DNA of 57,606 nt from an uncultured Saprospiraceae bacterium (GCA_964458675.1 CAYWOZ010000001.1:1-57606), one strand, 5' to 3'. Shown: positions 18,866-27,881, numbered from the stretch's first letter. Numbers and translations are program-made. Notes: generated from the letters alone by a model not told the origin.

Positions 18866-19064
18866 CTACTTAATAATTCCCATCAATAAGGCGCGGCCAA
18901 TTATACAAAGGGGTTCTCAAATGCTATAAACGTAATAGGTGAACGGTTAGTGATAGTGTACAGACTTTTTTCTTTTTTTGCTAAAACTTTTAATTTTTTT
19001 AAATGTAGTACTTTTAAGTAATAGCATAAATTATTTTTCTTTATCCAGAAAATAAATAAATAAA

Positions 19065-19709
19065 ATGGAAAAGCTACTCAGAGAGCGTTACGAATACATT
19101 TTTGAAGAACAACTTTTAGACGAAATAGTACGAGAAGGGCAATTTCGGAAGATTGAAAAAGATGTATGCATGATAGATCTAGGGGATAAGATTACGCATA
19201 TGCCTTTGATATTAGAAGGGGCTATTAAGATTGTCGATGAGGATAAAGACGGGCATGAGCTTTTACTTTATTATTTAGAAGTGGGTGATTCATGTGCGAT
19301 GACTATGACTTGTTGTTTAGGAGGAAAGAGGAGTGAGATAAGGGCAATAACAGAAGCAAACACATTAATTTATATGATTCCAGTCCAGAGAATGGAGGAT
19401 TGGTTGATAAAATATAAGTCTTGGAGAATCTACGTATTTGATAGTTATGATTCTAGAATGAAAGAGATGCTAGAGACGATTGACTCTTTGGCTTTTCTTA
19501 ATATGGAGCAAAGATTATATAGATATTTGAAAGATAGAGCAATGGTTTTGAAGTCTTCGAAATTGGAAATCACTCATTTTCAAATAGCTAATGACCTCAA
19601 TACCTCTAGAGTCGTTATCTCTCGCTTGTTGAAAAAATTAATTACAGACAATAAAATAACAACCAGCCGTAATGAGGTAAACGTGATAGAATTTTCTCCC
19701 AAAGCCTAG
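19065..19709 (+). CDS. Crp/Fnr-family transcriptional regulator, Cys-rich effector domain
   Basis: 214 aa with a cNMP-binding-like beta-roll plus a C-terminal HTH (TSRVVISRLLKKL). Cys cluster GDSCAMTMTCCLGG (C77, C83, C84). Confidence 0.85.
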   Translation: MEKLLRERYEYIFEEQLLDEIVREGQFRKIEKDVCMIDLGDKITHMPLILEGAIKIVDEDKDGHELLLYYLEVGDSCAMTMTCCLGGKRSEIRAITEANTLIYMIPVQRMEDWLIKYKSWRIYVFDSYDSRMKEMLETIDSLAFLNMEQRLYRYLKDRAMVLKSSKLEITHFQIANDLNTSRVVISRLLKKLITDNKITTSRNEVNVIEFSPKA

Positions 19710-19714
19710 CCAGT

Positions 19715-19728
19715 GTAACAAAAGTTAC
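19715..19728. promoter_or_regulatory. palindrome GTAAC-AAAA-GTTAC, candidate operator upstream of yeeE operon
   Basis: Perfect 5-N4-5 inverted repeat (FNR-type spacing) 53 nt upstream of the YeeE start. The same half-sites and spacing recur at 22692-22705. Confidence 0.45.
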
Positions 19729-19780
19729 TGATTGATACAAAAGATTCGTGCATTTTTACATTGTAAAATAATGTGTAATT

Positions 19781-20338
19781 ATGGAATTAATCTTTGAACC
19801 ATGGTCATGGTATGTGGCTGGAACGGCCCTAGCCATAGTAATGTTTTTGCTTTTATATTTTGGAGGAGAGTTTGGAATGTCTTCTAATCTGCGGACGATG
19901 TGTACTATAGCAGGTGCAGATAAGTATTCAAATTTCTTTAAGCTTGATTGGAAAACACAGCGATGGAATCTGGTGTTTGTGCTAGGCTCGATAGTAGGTG
20001 GATTTATAGCGGCTAACTTTTTATCAAATGGGAGCAACATTGACCTAAATCCGGCCACCATAGAATCACTTAAAACACTAGGTTTTCAATCTGCAGGCCA
20101 AGGATATCTGCCAAGCGAAATATTTGGATCAGGCGCAATTCTTTCACTTAAAGGAATTTTGGTGTTGGTAGGCGGCGGCTTTTTAGTGGGGTTTGGAGCA
20201 CGGTACGCTGGAGGCTGTACATCTGGTCACGCTATAAGCGGATTGAGCGATCTGCAGATTCCTTCCTTGATAGCGGTGATTGGTTTTTTTATAGGAGGCT
20301 TGTTGATGACACATTTCTTAATACCTATAATTTATTAA
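19781..20338 (+). CDS. YeeE/YedE-family sulfur (thiosulfate) transporter component
   Basis: 185-aa multi-TM protein with the conserved GGCTSGH motif. Confidence 0.8.
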   Translation: MELIFEPWSWYVAGTALAIVMFLLLYFGGEFGMSSNLRTMCTIAGADKYSNFFKLDWKTQRWNLVFVLGSIVGGFIAANFLSNGSNIDLNPATIESLKTLGFQSAGQGYLPSEIFGSGAILSLKGILVLVGGGFLVGFGARYAGGCTSGHAISGLSDLQIPSLIAVIGFFIGGLLMTHFLIPIIY

Positions 20339-20340
20339 AA

Positions 20341-20754
20341 ATGAAGTATATAAAATTCTTACTTACTGGTGTTCTCTTTGGTATTATTATGGCGAAGGCA
20401 GAAATTATTTCTTGGTATCGAATACATGAAATGTTTAGATTTGAGGCCTTTCATATGTATGGGGTGATAGGCACTGCAGTCATCCTAGGTGTGCTTATGA
20501 TACAGATAATGAAACGGACTAAGATGAAGGACTACAATGGTGAGCAGATTAGCTTTGTTCCAAAGACAAAAAGCATAGCGCGTTACTTAATTGGAGGAAC
20601 CTTTTTTGGTTTAGGTTGGGCATTGGTAGGTGCTTGTCCTGGGCCTATGTTTGTCTTACTTGGCTATGGATACCTCCCCATATTAATTGTACTACTGGGT
20701 GCAATGCTTGGCACCTTTGTTTATGGAATGCTTAGACCAAAGTTGCCCCACTAA
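20341..20754 (+). CDS. YeeE/YedE-related membrane protein (second half-transporter, DUF6691-like)
   Basis: 137-aa multi-TM protein with a GACPGP motif. Starts 3 nt after the previous gene. Confidence 0.75.
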   Translation: MKYIKFLLTGVLFGIIMAKAEIISWYRIHEMFRFEAFHMYGVIGTAVILGVLMIQIMKRTKMKDYNGEQISFVPKTKSIARYLIGGTFFGLGWALVGACPGPMFVLLGYGYLPILIVLLGAMLGTFVYGMLRPKLPH

Positions 20755-20764
20755 ATCAGATACT

Positions 20765-22477
20765 ATGCATCAATTTTTTCCAATTGTAGAATGGGCCAAA
20801 GGCTATAAAAAGGAACATCTCAATGGAGATTTGTCAGCTGGACTAACAGTTGGAGTCATGCTCGTACCTCAAGGGATGGCATATTCGATGCTGGCAGGAA
20901 TGCCACCTATCTATGGACTCTATGCTTCCATAATCCCACTAATAATTTATGCGATTTTTGGAACCTCTAGACAGTTGGCTGTTGGACCTGTAGCGATGGT
21001 TGCAATACTAATTTCTACTGGAGTAGGGCAACTGGCAGATTTAGGGTCTTCTGAATATATTGGTTTGACCATATTATTAGCCCTTATGGTAGGGCTCATC
21101 CAATTTGTAATGGGTATATTTAGATTGGGATTTATAGTAAATTTCCTATCGCATCCGGTAATCGCAGGTTTTACATCCGCTGCAGCACTTATAATTGGGT
21201 TTAGTCAACTAAAGCATATTTTAGGTATAAATATACCTAGAGGAAAGGTGCATGAAATAATCATAAATGTGGTGCAAAATTTTAATCAGATAAATCTTCC
21301 TACCCTAATTTTAGGTCTAATTGCCATAGCCATTTTATTGGCTATAAAACAATTTAAAAAAAGAATCCCTGCACCGCTTATTGTTGTAGCCATAGGAATT
21401 GTTTCAGTTTATGCTCTTAATTTGACGGATGTTGGAGTCAAAATTGTGGGTGAAGTGCCAAGTGGTTTTCCATTATTTGGTATCCCGAGTATAGACCTCT
21501 TATCTTTAAAATCTTTACTGCCTATAGCAGTTACCATTTCGTTTGTTAGTTTTATGGAATCAATAGCAGTTGCAAAAGCCATTCAAAAAAAACATAAGGA
21601 CTACGAGATAGATAATAATCAAGAATTGATTGGTTTAGGACTGGCCAATATAGTGGGCTCTTTTTTTAAAGGTTTTCCTGTTACAGGTGGCTTTTCGCGA
21701 ACAGCAGTGAATGACCAAGCAGGCGCTAAAACTGGTTTGGCTGCTATAGTAAGTGCTCTTTTGGTTGCTTTGACTTTGCTTTTTTTAACAGATTATTTTT
21801 ACAATTTACCAACCACGATTTTGTCTGCTATTATTATGGTAGCGGTATTTGGTTTGATTGATTTTAAAGAGGCAAAGCATCTTTGGAAGACTGATAAAAA
21901 GGACTTTGCATTATTTATTATTACAGCTATCTGCACTTTAGGATTAGGTATTGAAGAGGGAATCTTAATAGGAGCGGTATTATCTCTCTTGGTTGTAATC
22001 TATACTATTTCATACCCCCATACGGCAGTACTAGGGCGAGCTCCAAACAAAAATATCTATCGAAATTTAGAACGATTTGACGATGTGCAAGCTATACCTA
22101 AAACATTGATTGTAAGATTAGATGCGCATTTGTATTTTGCTAATATTAATTATTTTAAAGATTTTGTTTGGAACCAGCTTGACGCATATCCGGATACAAG
22201 GTACTTTATTTTAGATGCCAAGGCGATAAATGGACTTGACTCAAGTGGGGCTCATTTTCTTCCAGATTTTATAGCAGAACTAAAAGAAAATAATATTGAG
22301 TTTTATATAGCCAATGTAAAAGGTATAGTAAGAGATGTTCTTTCAAAAGCTGAACTACTGGATAAGATTGGCTATGATAAAATCTTCAATAATATTGATG
22401 AAGCAGTAAAAGCTATTTCTGGGTTAAATTCTCCAAGTGAGCAATCAAAAAAATATGCTATACAAGCAAATTTGTAA
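20765..22477 (+). CDS. SulP-family anion permease with C-terminal STAS domain
   Basis: The start is taken at ATG 20765 (MHQFFPIVEWAKGYKKEHLNGDLSAGLTVGVMLVPQGMAYS, a typical SulP N-terminus). The ORF-track start at 20687 would overlap the previous gene by 68 nt. Confidence 0.9.
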   Translation: MHQFFPIVEWAKGYKKEHLNGDLSAGLTVGVMLVPQGMAYSMLAGMPPIYGLYASIIPLIIYAIFGTSRQLAVGPVAMVAILISTGVGQLADLGSSEYIGLTILLALMVGLIQFVMGIFRLGFIVNFLSHPVIAGFTSAAALIIGFSQLKHILGINIPRGKVHEIIINVVQNFNQINLPTLILGLIAIAILLAIKQFKKRIPAPLIVVAIGIVSVYALNLTDVGVKIVGEVPSGFPLFGIPSIDLLSLKSLLPIAVTISFVSFMESIAVAKAIQKKHKDYEIDNNQELIGLGLANIVGSFFKGFPVTGGFSRTAVNDQAGAKTGLAAIVSALLVALTLLFLTDYFYNLPTTILSAIIMVAVFGLIDFKEAKHLWKTDKKDFALFIITAICTLGLGIEEGILIGAVLSLLVVIYTISYPHTAVLGRAPNKNIYRNLERFDDVQAIPKTLIVRLDAHLYFANINYFKDFVWNQLDAYPDTRYFILDAKAINGLDSSGAHFLPDFIAELKENNIEFYIANVKGIVRDVLSKAELLDKIGYDKIFNNIDEAVKAISGLNSPSEQSKKYAIQANL

Positions 22478-22490
22478 TTAGTTATACTCA

Positions 22491-22671
22491 ATGGAAAGTA
22501 GGTTGGGACAATTTGTGCGACTTTATTTTGATATTTTGGCGAATATTGAGGTGACCGAATGCTGCGTAGAAGTAGTTTGCGATGATAAATGGAATAAAAA
22601 ATCTACAATTTTTGATTACATCTTGAATGGGGTTAATAGAGGTGCTCCTTAACTCGAATTTGTAAAACAGC
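22491..22671 (+). repeat. family-1 element, copy E (3' arm and part of core; 5' arm missing)
   Basis: 22569-22640 is about 90% identical to the 3' arms of copies C and F. It ends in GGTTAATAGAGGTGCTCC like copy F, and a downstream CTCGAATTTGTAAAACAGC is shared with copy C. Begins 13 nt after the SulP stop. Confidence 0.75.
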
Positions 22672-22691
22672 ATTTCTGTTAGGAACAAAGA

Positions 22692-22705
22692 GTAACATTA
22701 GTTAC
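22692..22705. promoter_or_regulatory. palindrome GTAAC-ATTA-GTTAC, candidate operator upstream of the MBL-rhodanese operon
   Basis: Second perfect GTAAC-N4-GTTAC, 224 nt upstream of the ATG at 22929. I estimate roughly 0.07 such sites by chance in this window. Confidence 0.4.
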
Positions 22706-22928
22706 GCATTGTAATATAAAAGTGAATTATATTTATATTATCAAAATAAAGAAAAAAGCGTTTTGCTATCTATTTAAAATGTGAAATACGCAAGATGAGG
22801 AAGTTAGAGTTTATTTATCTGGAAAATATTTTTATTTAGTAAGCTATTTTAAATGCCATAAAAATGTAGTTGTTGAATTTCTCATCGAACAAAATAAATG
22901 TTGATTTTTTTTTATAAAAAATATAATA

Positions 22929-24341
22929 ATGAAAATAGAACAAATATATACAGGATGCCTTGCCCAAGGGGCATACTACATACAATGTAGCGGTGAAGCT
23001 GCCATTATAGATCCATTAAGAGAAGTGGGACCTTATTTGGAAAGAGCAAAAAAAGATGATGTTAAGATAAAGTATATTTTTGAAACACACTTTCATGCAG
23101 ACTTTGTTTCTGGGCATGTTACGCTTGCAGAAAAAACTGGTGCACCAATAATTTATGGCCCTACTGCGAATCCTACTTTTGAAGCGCAAATTGCTAAGGA
23201 TGGAGAGGAGTTTGAAATAGGCAAGGTAACTATTAAAGCCTTACACACTCCTGGTCATACTATGGAGAGTACCACGTATTTATTGATAGATAAAGATGGA
23301 AAAGAGCATGCAATTTTTTCTGGGGACACGCTTTTCTTAGGAGATGTAGGCCGACCGGATTTGGCGCAAAAGTCAAATGATATAACCCAAGAGCAGTTAG
23401 CAGGATTTTTATTTGACAGCCTACGAACTAAGATTATGCCATTGGCAGATGATGTCATTGTATACCCTGCTCATGGGGCTGGTTCTGCATGTGGTAAAAA
23501 TATGATGAAGGAAACAGTCGATACGCTTGGCAATCAAAAAGAGGTTAACTACGCGCTAAGGGCTGACATGAGTAAAGATGAATTTATTCAAGAAGTCACT
23601 GATGGCTTACAGCCACCACCAGCTTATTTCTCACTGAATGTAAAGATGAATAAAGAAGGCTATGAAAGTATTGATAAGGTGTTAGAAAGAGGTATGCTAG
23701 CTCTTACATCGAAAGAGTTTGAGGTAGCAGCTAATGAAACAGGGGCAGTCATGTTAGATGTTCGTCATCAAAATGACTTTGCTAAATGTCATATTCCACG
23801 GTCCATATTTATTGGTTTGAATGGTGGTTTTGCTCCTTGGGTTGGCGCCTTAATTAAAGATGTGGAACAACCTATTTTGTTGATTGTAGATGAAGATAAA
23901 ATTGAAGAAGCTGTTATCCGTCTATCAAGAGTAGGATTTGATAATGTAATTGGATATTTGAAAGGGGGAGTTGATGCATGGCTTAAGCATGGGAAAGAAA
24001 CCGACAATGTACTTTCTGTTTCTGCATCGGATTTAGGTGCTATTTTAGAAGAGGCTCCTGAATCATTTGTTGTGGATGTGAGAAGAGAATCAGAGTATTT
24101 GTCTGAGCATGTGAAAGTGGCTGAAAATTCTCCACTATCTGAACTTAATAATCATTTAGCAAGATTTCCTAAAGAAGATACATTTTATGTACATTGTGCT
24201 GGAGGCTATCGTTCGATGATAGCTAGCTCAATTCTAAAATCAAGAGGCATTCATAACCTTATAGATGTGGCAGGTGGTTTTAAAGCATTAAAGGAGGCTA
24301 CAATTCCAATAACAAATTATGTTTGCCCTACAACTTTATGA
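22929..24341 (+). CDS. MBL-fold hydrolase fused to two rhodanese domains (persulfide-dioxygenase-like)
   Basis: 470 aa with the metallo-beta-lactamase motif HFHADFVSGH and a C-terminal rhodanese active site HCAGGYRS. Confidence 0.85.
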   Translation: MKIEQIYTGCLAQGAYYIQCSGEAAIIDPLREVGPYLERAKKDDVKIKYIFETHFHADFVSGHVTLAEKTGAPIIYGPTANPTFEAQIAKDGEEFEIGKVTIKALHTPGHTMESTTYLLIDKDGKEHAIFSGDTLFLGDVGRPDLAQKSNDITQEQLAGFLFDSLRTKIMPLADDVIVYPAHGAGSACGKNMMKETVDTLGNQKEVNYALRADMSKDEFIQEVTDGLQPPPAYFSLNVKMNKEGYESIDKVLERGMLALTSKEFEVAANETGAVMLDVRHQNDFAKCHIPRSIFIGLNGGFAPWVGALIKDVEQPILLIVDEDKIEEAVIRLSRVGFDNVIGYLKGGVDAWLKHGKETDNVLSVSASDLGAILEEAPESFVVDVRRESEYLSEHVKVAENSPLSELNNHLARFPKEDTFYVHCAGGYRSMIASSILKSRGIHNLIDVAGGFKALKEATIPITNYVCPTTL

Positions 24342-24359
24342 TGATTTGAATTAAAATAT

Positions 24360-24941
24360 ATGAAACACCTGATTTATATCTCCATCTGTATTTTATTTCT
24401 TGTCAATTGTTTTGACAATTCTACGAGTATCGAAAAGTCGAAAAAAGCATTAGATAATACTTACTTAGAGAAAGGGCAAAAAATGGCTCTTTCTACTTTT
24501 GGTGTTTTAAGCCAAAATTTGCAAAAGGCAATGAAGGAGGGAGGGGTTTCTAATGCGGTCAATTATTGTAATTTAACTGCCTCACCATTAGTCGATAGCT
24601 TAGAACTTTTAAATAATGTTAGTATCAAACGAACTTCTTTGAAAATAAGGAACCCAAACAATAAACCTGCAGATTATGAAAGAATGCAGCTAGAGAAATA
24701 TCAGAAACAATTTGAATTGGGAAAAAAATTAAAACCTACACTTTATAGTCATAATGATCAAACTACTTTTTATGCTCCAATTCATGTGATGCCTCTATGT
24801 CAGAAATGCCATGGAACCATTGGTGGGGAATTGATGAAAGAGGACTATGAAACTATACAAAATTTATATCCAACAGATAAAGCTATTGGTTACAAAAGTG
24901 GCGATTTGAGAGGGATGTGGAGTATTACTTTTAAAGAGTGA
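24360..24941 (+). CDS. DUF3365 (Tll0287-like) secreted protein with c-type haem motif
   Basis: 193 aa with a signal peptide and a CQKCH (CxxCH) motif. The end (GDLRGMWSITF) is typical of DUF3365. Confidence 0.65.
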   Translation: MKHLIYISICILFLVNCFDNSTSIEKSKKALDNTYLEKGQKMALSTFGVLSQNLQKAMKEGGVSNAVNYCNLTASPLVDSLELLNNVSIKRTSLKIRNPNNKPADYERMQLEKYQKQFELGKKLKPTLYSHNDQTTFYAPIHVMPLCQKCHGTIGGELMKEDYETIQNLYPTDKAIGYKSGDLRGMWSITFKE

Positions 24942-25024
24942 AAAGGGGTATTTAGAATTTAATCTTTCTTCAATGTTTTTGTAAAAAAATATCTTTCTCA
25001 ATAATAAATCTAATCTATTTTATT

Positions 25025-26059
25025 GTGAACTATAGTATTTCTTTTTTGTGTTTAATAGTATTACTTAGTGCTTGCTACAAAGAAAACGATAGAATTGTCT
25101 ATTCTGATAATAAGTCGGATATATCAGCTTATAATTTAATAGAGCCCAAAGCGGCACATGAACTGTTGGAAAATAATCCTAGAAAGTATCTTCCAATTCA
25201 AGTCTCTAAACAAGAATTATTTCTCAAGGAACATATTCCATCTGCTCAAAATGTTTGGAGGCCAGACTATGGTTCTGATTCTAAGACACCGTTTGGTGGA
25301 TTAATTGCTCCTAAATCAAAGATTCAGAATTTGCTTCAAGAACTTGGCGTAACTAAAAATGATACTTTGCTTTTATATGATATAAAAGCAAATGTTGATG
25401 CCTTAAGATTTGCATGGGTATTAAGTGTTTATAATTTTGATCAATTCAAAATTATAAACGGTGGACTGAAAAACTGGAAACAGCAAGGCTTAAAGTTTGA
25501 CTCGTTAAGAACATCAAAAGAAAAAACAGATATTCTTCTAACTAAGCCTTTAAATGAGTCTATCATTGCGACTTTTGATGATGTGAAGCAGTCCTTGACT
25601 GATTCACATACCATTTTGATTGACACTAGAGAGCCTTATGAGTTCAATGGAGGTCCGTATATTTCAAAGGGAAAAATATACGATTTTAAACCAGGTGCTT
25701 TTACCAATGGATGTATTCCAGGTGCCGTTCATTTAAATTGGTCTACTTTTGCGGATATGAATAGAGACCATAGGATTAAGTCTGAACGAGATTTAAGGTG
25801 GGATTTACAACAGAGAGGCATCACTGAAGATAAAAATATCATCGTTTACTGCCAAAGTGGTTCACGAAGTTCCCATACTTATTATGTCTTGAAAAATATC
25901 TTAGGCTTTGAAAATGTAAAAAATTATGATGGCTCATGGATAGAATGGAGTTATAAAAACTCTATAGATCCTTCAACCACAGTTCTAAGACATAGTTCAA
26001 AAACAGAAATTGATTCTCTTAAGAAATCTATGGAGAAAGAATTGTTAAATAGGGAGTGA
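25025..26059 (+). CDS. tandem-rhodanese sulfurtransferase lipoprotein (thiosulfate sulfurtransferase-like)
   Basis: 344 aa with a GTG start, a lipobox LLSAC, two rhodanese domains and an active-site loop YCQSGSRSS. Confidence 0.75.
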   Translation: MNYSISFLCLIVLLSACYKENDRIVYSDNKSDISAYNLIEPKAAHELLENNPRKYLPIQVSKQELFLKEHIPSAQNVWRPDYGSDSKTPFGGLIAPKSKIQNLLQELGVTKNDTLLLYDIKANVDALRFAWVLSVYNFDQFKIINGGLKNWKQQGLKFDSLRTSKEKTDILLTKPLNESIIATFDDVKQSLTDSHTILIDTREPYEFNGGPYISKGKIYDFKPGAFTNGCIPGAVHLNWSTFADMNRDHRIKSERDLRWDLQQRGITEDKNIIVYCQSGSRSSHTYYVLKNILGFENVKNYDGSWIEWSYKNSIDPSTTVLRHSSKTEIDSLKKSMEKELLNRE

Positions 26060-26104
26060 ACATTGGTAAGGAAAATAATATTGTTTCATCAGAAGCGTAA
26101 AAAA

Positions 26105-27331
26105 ATGATAAATAAAAGAAGGAGATTTATAAAGCAGTCTTTACTAGCGATACTATCTTTCTCATTTGGTATGAAAATAACTTATGGGAGAAATATTCCG
26201 GAGGGCTTAGAGTTGCTTGGTTTAAAGTACAAAAAAATTGGAACCTTTCCAGGAAAGAGCAAATCTCTGAAAGTATTAAATGATCGTCCTATTAATATAG
26301 AAACTCCTGCTCACTTATTGAATGATAATTGGACTCCAAATAATTTGTTTTTTGTAAGAAATAATGGTTTATCCCCTAAGAATATTGATATAGATAATTG
26401 GACTTTAACTGTAGCAGGGGAATCAGTCAAAAGGGAAAAAACGTATTCTCTGAAAGACTTAAAAACACGATTTAAATCCGTGAGCCATTATATCACTTTG
26501 GAATGCGGAGGAAACGGGCGCAAAGAATTTAACCCACCTGCAAAAGGAAATCAATGGAGTAATGGTGCAGTTGGTTGTGCGAAGTGGACAGGTGTTAAGC
26601 TTAAGGATGTGTTAGCTGATGCAGGTGTGAAAGATGATGCTATCTACCTAGGTTATTACGGAGCTGATATACATCTTTCAGGAGCATCAGATAAAGACAC
26701 GATATCCAGAGGAGTTCCTATTAAAAAAGCATTAGAAAATGAAAGTTTGATAGCTTGGTCAATGAATGATGAAGATCTTCCTATCCTTAATGGATATCCT
26801 TTGAGATTAGTTTTCGGAGGATTTCCTGCTTCATGTTCTGGTAAGTGGCTCGAAAAAATTGTAGTTCGAGATCGTGTTCATGATGGTCAAAAAATGAAGG
26901 GCACTGCCTATCGAATTCCGTGTAAACCAGTAGCGCCTGGGACAAAAGTTGATGACGAAGATATGTGCATTATTGAAGATATGCCTGTGAAGTCACTCAT
27001 CACGTATCCAAAAACGGGAGCCTCCATTAAAAAGGGTCAAAAATTACCAATTAATGGTCATGCATGGACTTCTGCACCCCGAATAAAATCTGTAGAATAT
27101 TCTATTGATTTTGGAATGAATTGGTTTGAGTGTGCTCTTGAATCTAGCGTTAATAAATATGCTTGGCAAAATTTTCAAGCAAATATTTCATTTCCACAAG
27201 CTGGTTACTATGAAGTATGGTGTAGAGCTACGGATTCTGAAAATCAAACTCAACCAATGTTACTTCCAGGTTGGAATCCTAAAGGGTATTTAAATAATGC
27301 ATGCCATAGAATAGCAATAAAGGTTTTGTAG
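26105..27331 (+). CDS. sulfite-oxidase-family molybdopterin oxidoreductase (SorA-like), Tat-exported
   Basis: The start is taken at ATG 26105 (MINKRRRFIKQSLLAILSF), which gives a twin-arginine signal. The ORF track begins at TTG 26063. Carries Moco-domain patterns (ITLECGGNGR, GYPLRLVFGG). Confidence 0.8.
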   Translation: MINKRRRFIKQSLLAILSFSFGMKITYGRNIPEGLELLGLKYKKIGTFPGKSKSLKVLNDRPINIETPAHLLNDNWTPNNLFFVRNNGLSPKNIDIDNWTLTVAGESVKREKTYSLKDLKTRFKSVSHYITLECGGNGRKEFNPPAKGNQWSNGAVGCAKWTGVKLKDVLADAGVKDDAIYLGYYGADIHLSGASDKDTISRGVPIKKALENESLIAWSMNDEDLPILNGYPLRLVFGGFPASCSGKWLEKIVVRDRVHDGQKMKGTAYRIPCKPVAPGTKVDDEDMCIIEDMPVKSLITYPKTGASIKKGQKLPINGHAWTSAPRIKSVEYSIDFGMNWFECALESSVNKYAWQNFQANISFPQAGYYEVWCRATDSENQTQPMLLPGWNPKGYLNNACHRIAIKVL

Positions 27332-27332
27332 T

Positions 27333-27860
27333 ATGAGTAATCCGAACACTTATTCTTCAGATTTCAAAAACTTGTTTTTTTTAATAGTCAATACGTTTAT
27401 TGTTTTAATAATCCTCAGCTTTGGATATTTATTACTCGAAAAGTATATAGTGCAATTTGTAAACGCACCCAACTATACTGATAAAGAATTGAAAGAATTA
27501 ACGGAAAAGCGAGAACTCCAAAGGCTAAAAGAAGAAAATGAGAACTTTGATTTGATTAGAAAGGGTATCCATGTGAAAACTGGACTGAAGGCTGATAAAA
27601 ATTTGCAAGTTGTGATTAGCTCTTGTACCTCCTGCCATTCTGCAAAATTGATAACACAAAATAGAGCTACTAGAAAAGGATGGGAAAATATGATTGATTG
27701 GATGCAAGAAACACAGGGATTAGCAGATTTAGGAGATAATGAACCGCTTATTTTGGATTACTTGTCTAAGTATTATGCTCCCATTCAGAAAGGTAGAAGA
27801 GCCAACTTAGATGTAGCTGCTATAGAATGGTATATCTTGAACTTAGATGATAATCAATGA
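27333..27860 (+). CDS. membrane-anchored monohaem cytochrome c (SorB-like partner)
   Basis: 175 aa with an N-terminal TM segment and a single CTSCH haem c motif. Starts 2 nt after the SorA-like stop. Confidence 0.6.
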   Translation: MSNPNTYSSDFKNLFFLIVNTFIVLIILSFGYLLLEKYIVQFVNAPNYTDKELKELTEKRELQRLKEENENFDLIRKGIHVKTGLKADKNLQVVISSCTSCHSAKLITQNRATRKGWENMIDWMQETQGLADLGDNEPLILDYLSKYYAPIQKGRRANLDVAAIEWYILNLDDNQ

Positions 27861-27881
27861 GTGGACTCAATTTTTAACTAA

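Noticed and set aside
18932-18950. GTAAT-N9-GTTAG upstream of the Crp/Fnr gene as an autoregulatory site
   Set aside because: Both half-sites are mismatched and the spacing differs from the two perfect N4 palindromes, so it is indistinguishable from chance.
20687-20764. N-terminal extensions in the ORF track (SulP here; also tkt 13412-13453, infA 52813-52860, SorA-like 26063-26104, carA 56451)
   Set aside because: The extensions overlap upstream genes or contain promoter-like TAnnTTTG boxes. The downstream ATGs give canonical N-termini (SulP MHQFFP.., IF-1 MAKQD.., a Tat signal for the SorA-like protein).
22488-22688. 66-aa minus-strand ORF over family-1 copy E, and 70-aa plus ORF 28037-28249 over copy F
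   Set aside because: The minus-frame reading (INPIQDVIK.C.FF.PFII.NYF) is open in all three copies, but it has a start codon only in copy E. The copy F plus ORF reads through the terminator and antisense into the lipoprotein gene. These are most likely by-products of AT-rich repeat sequence.
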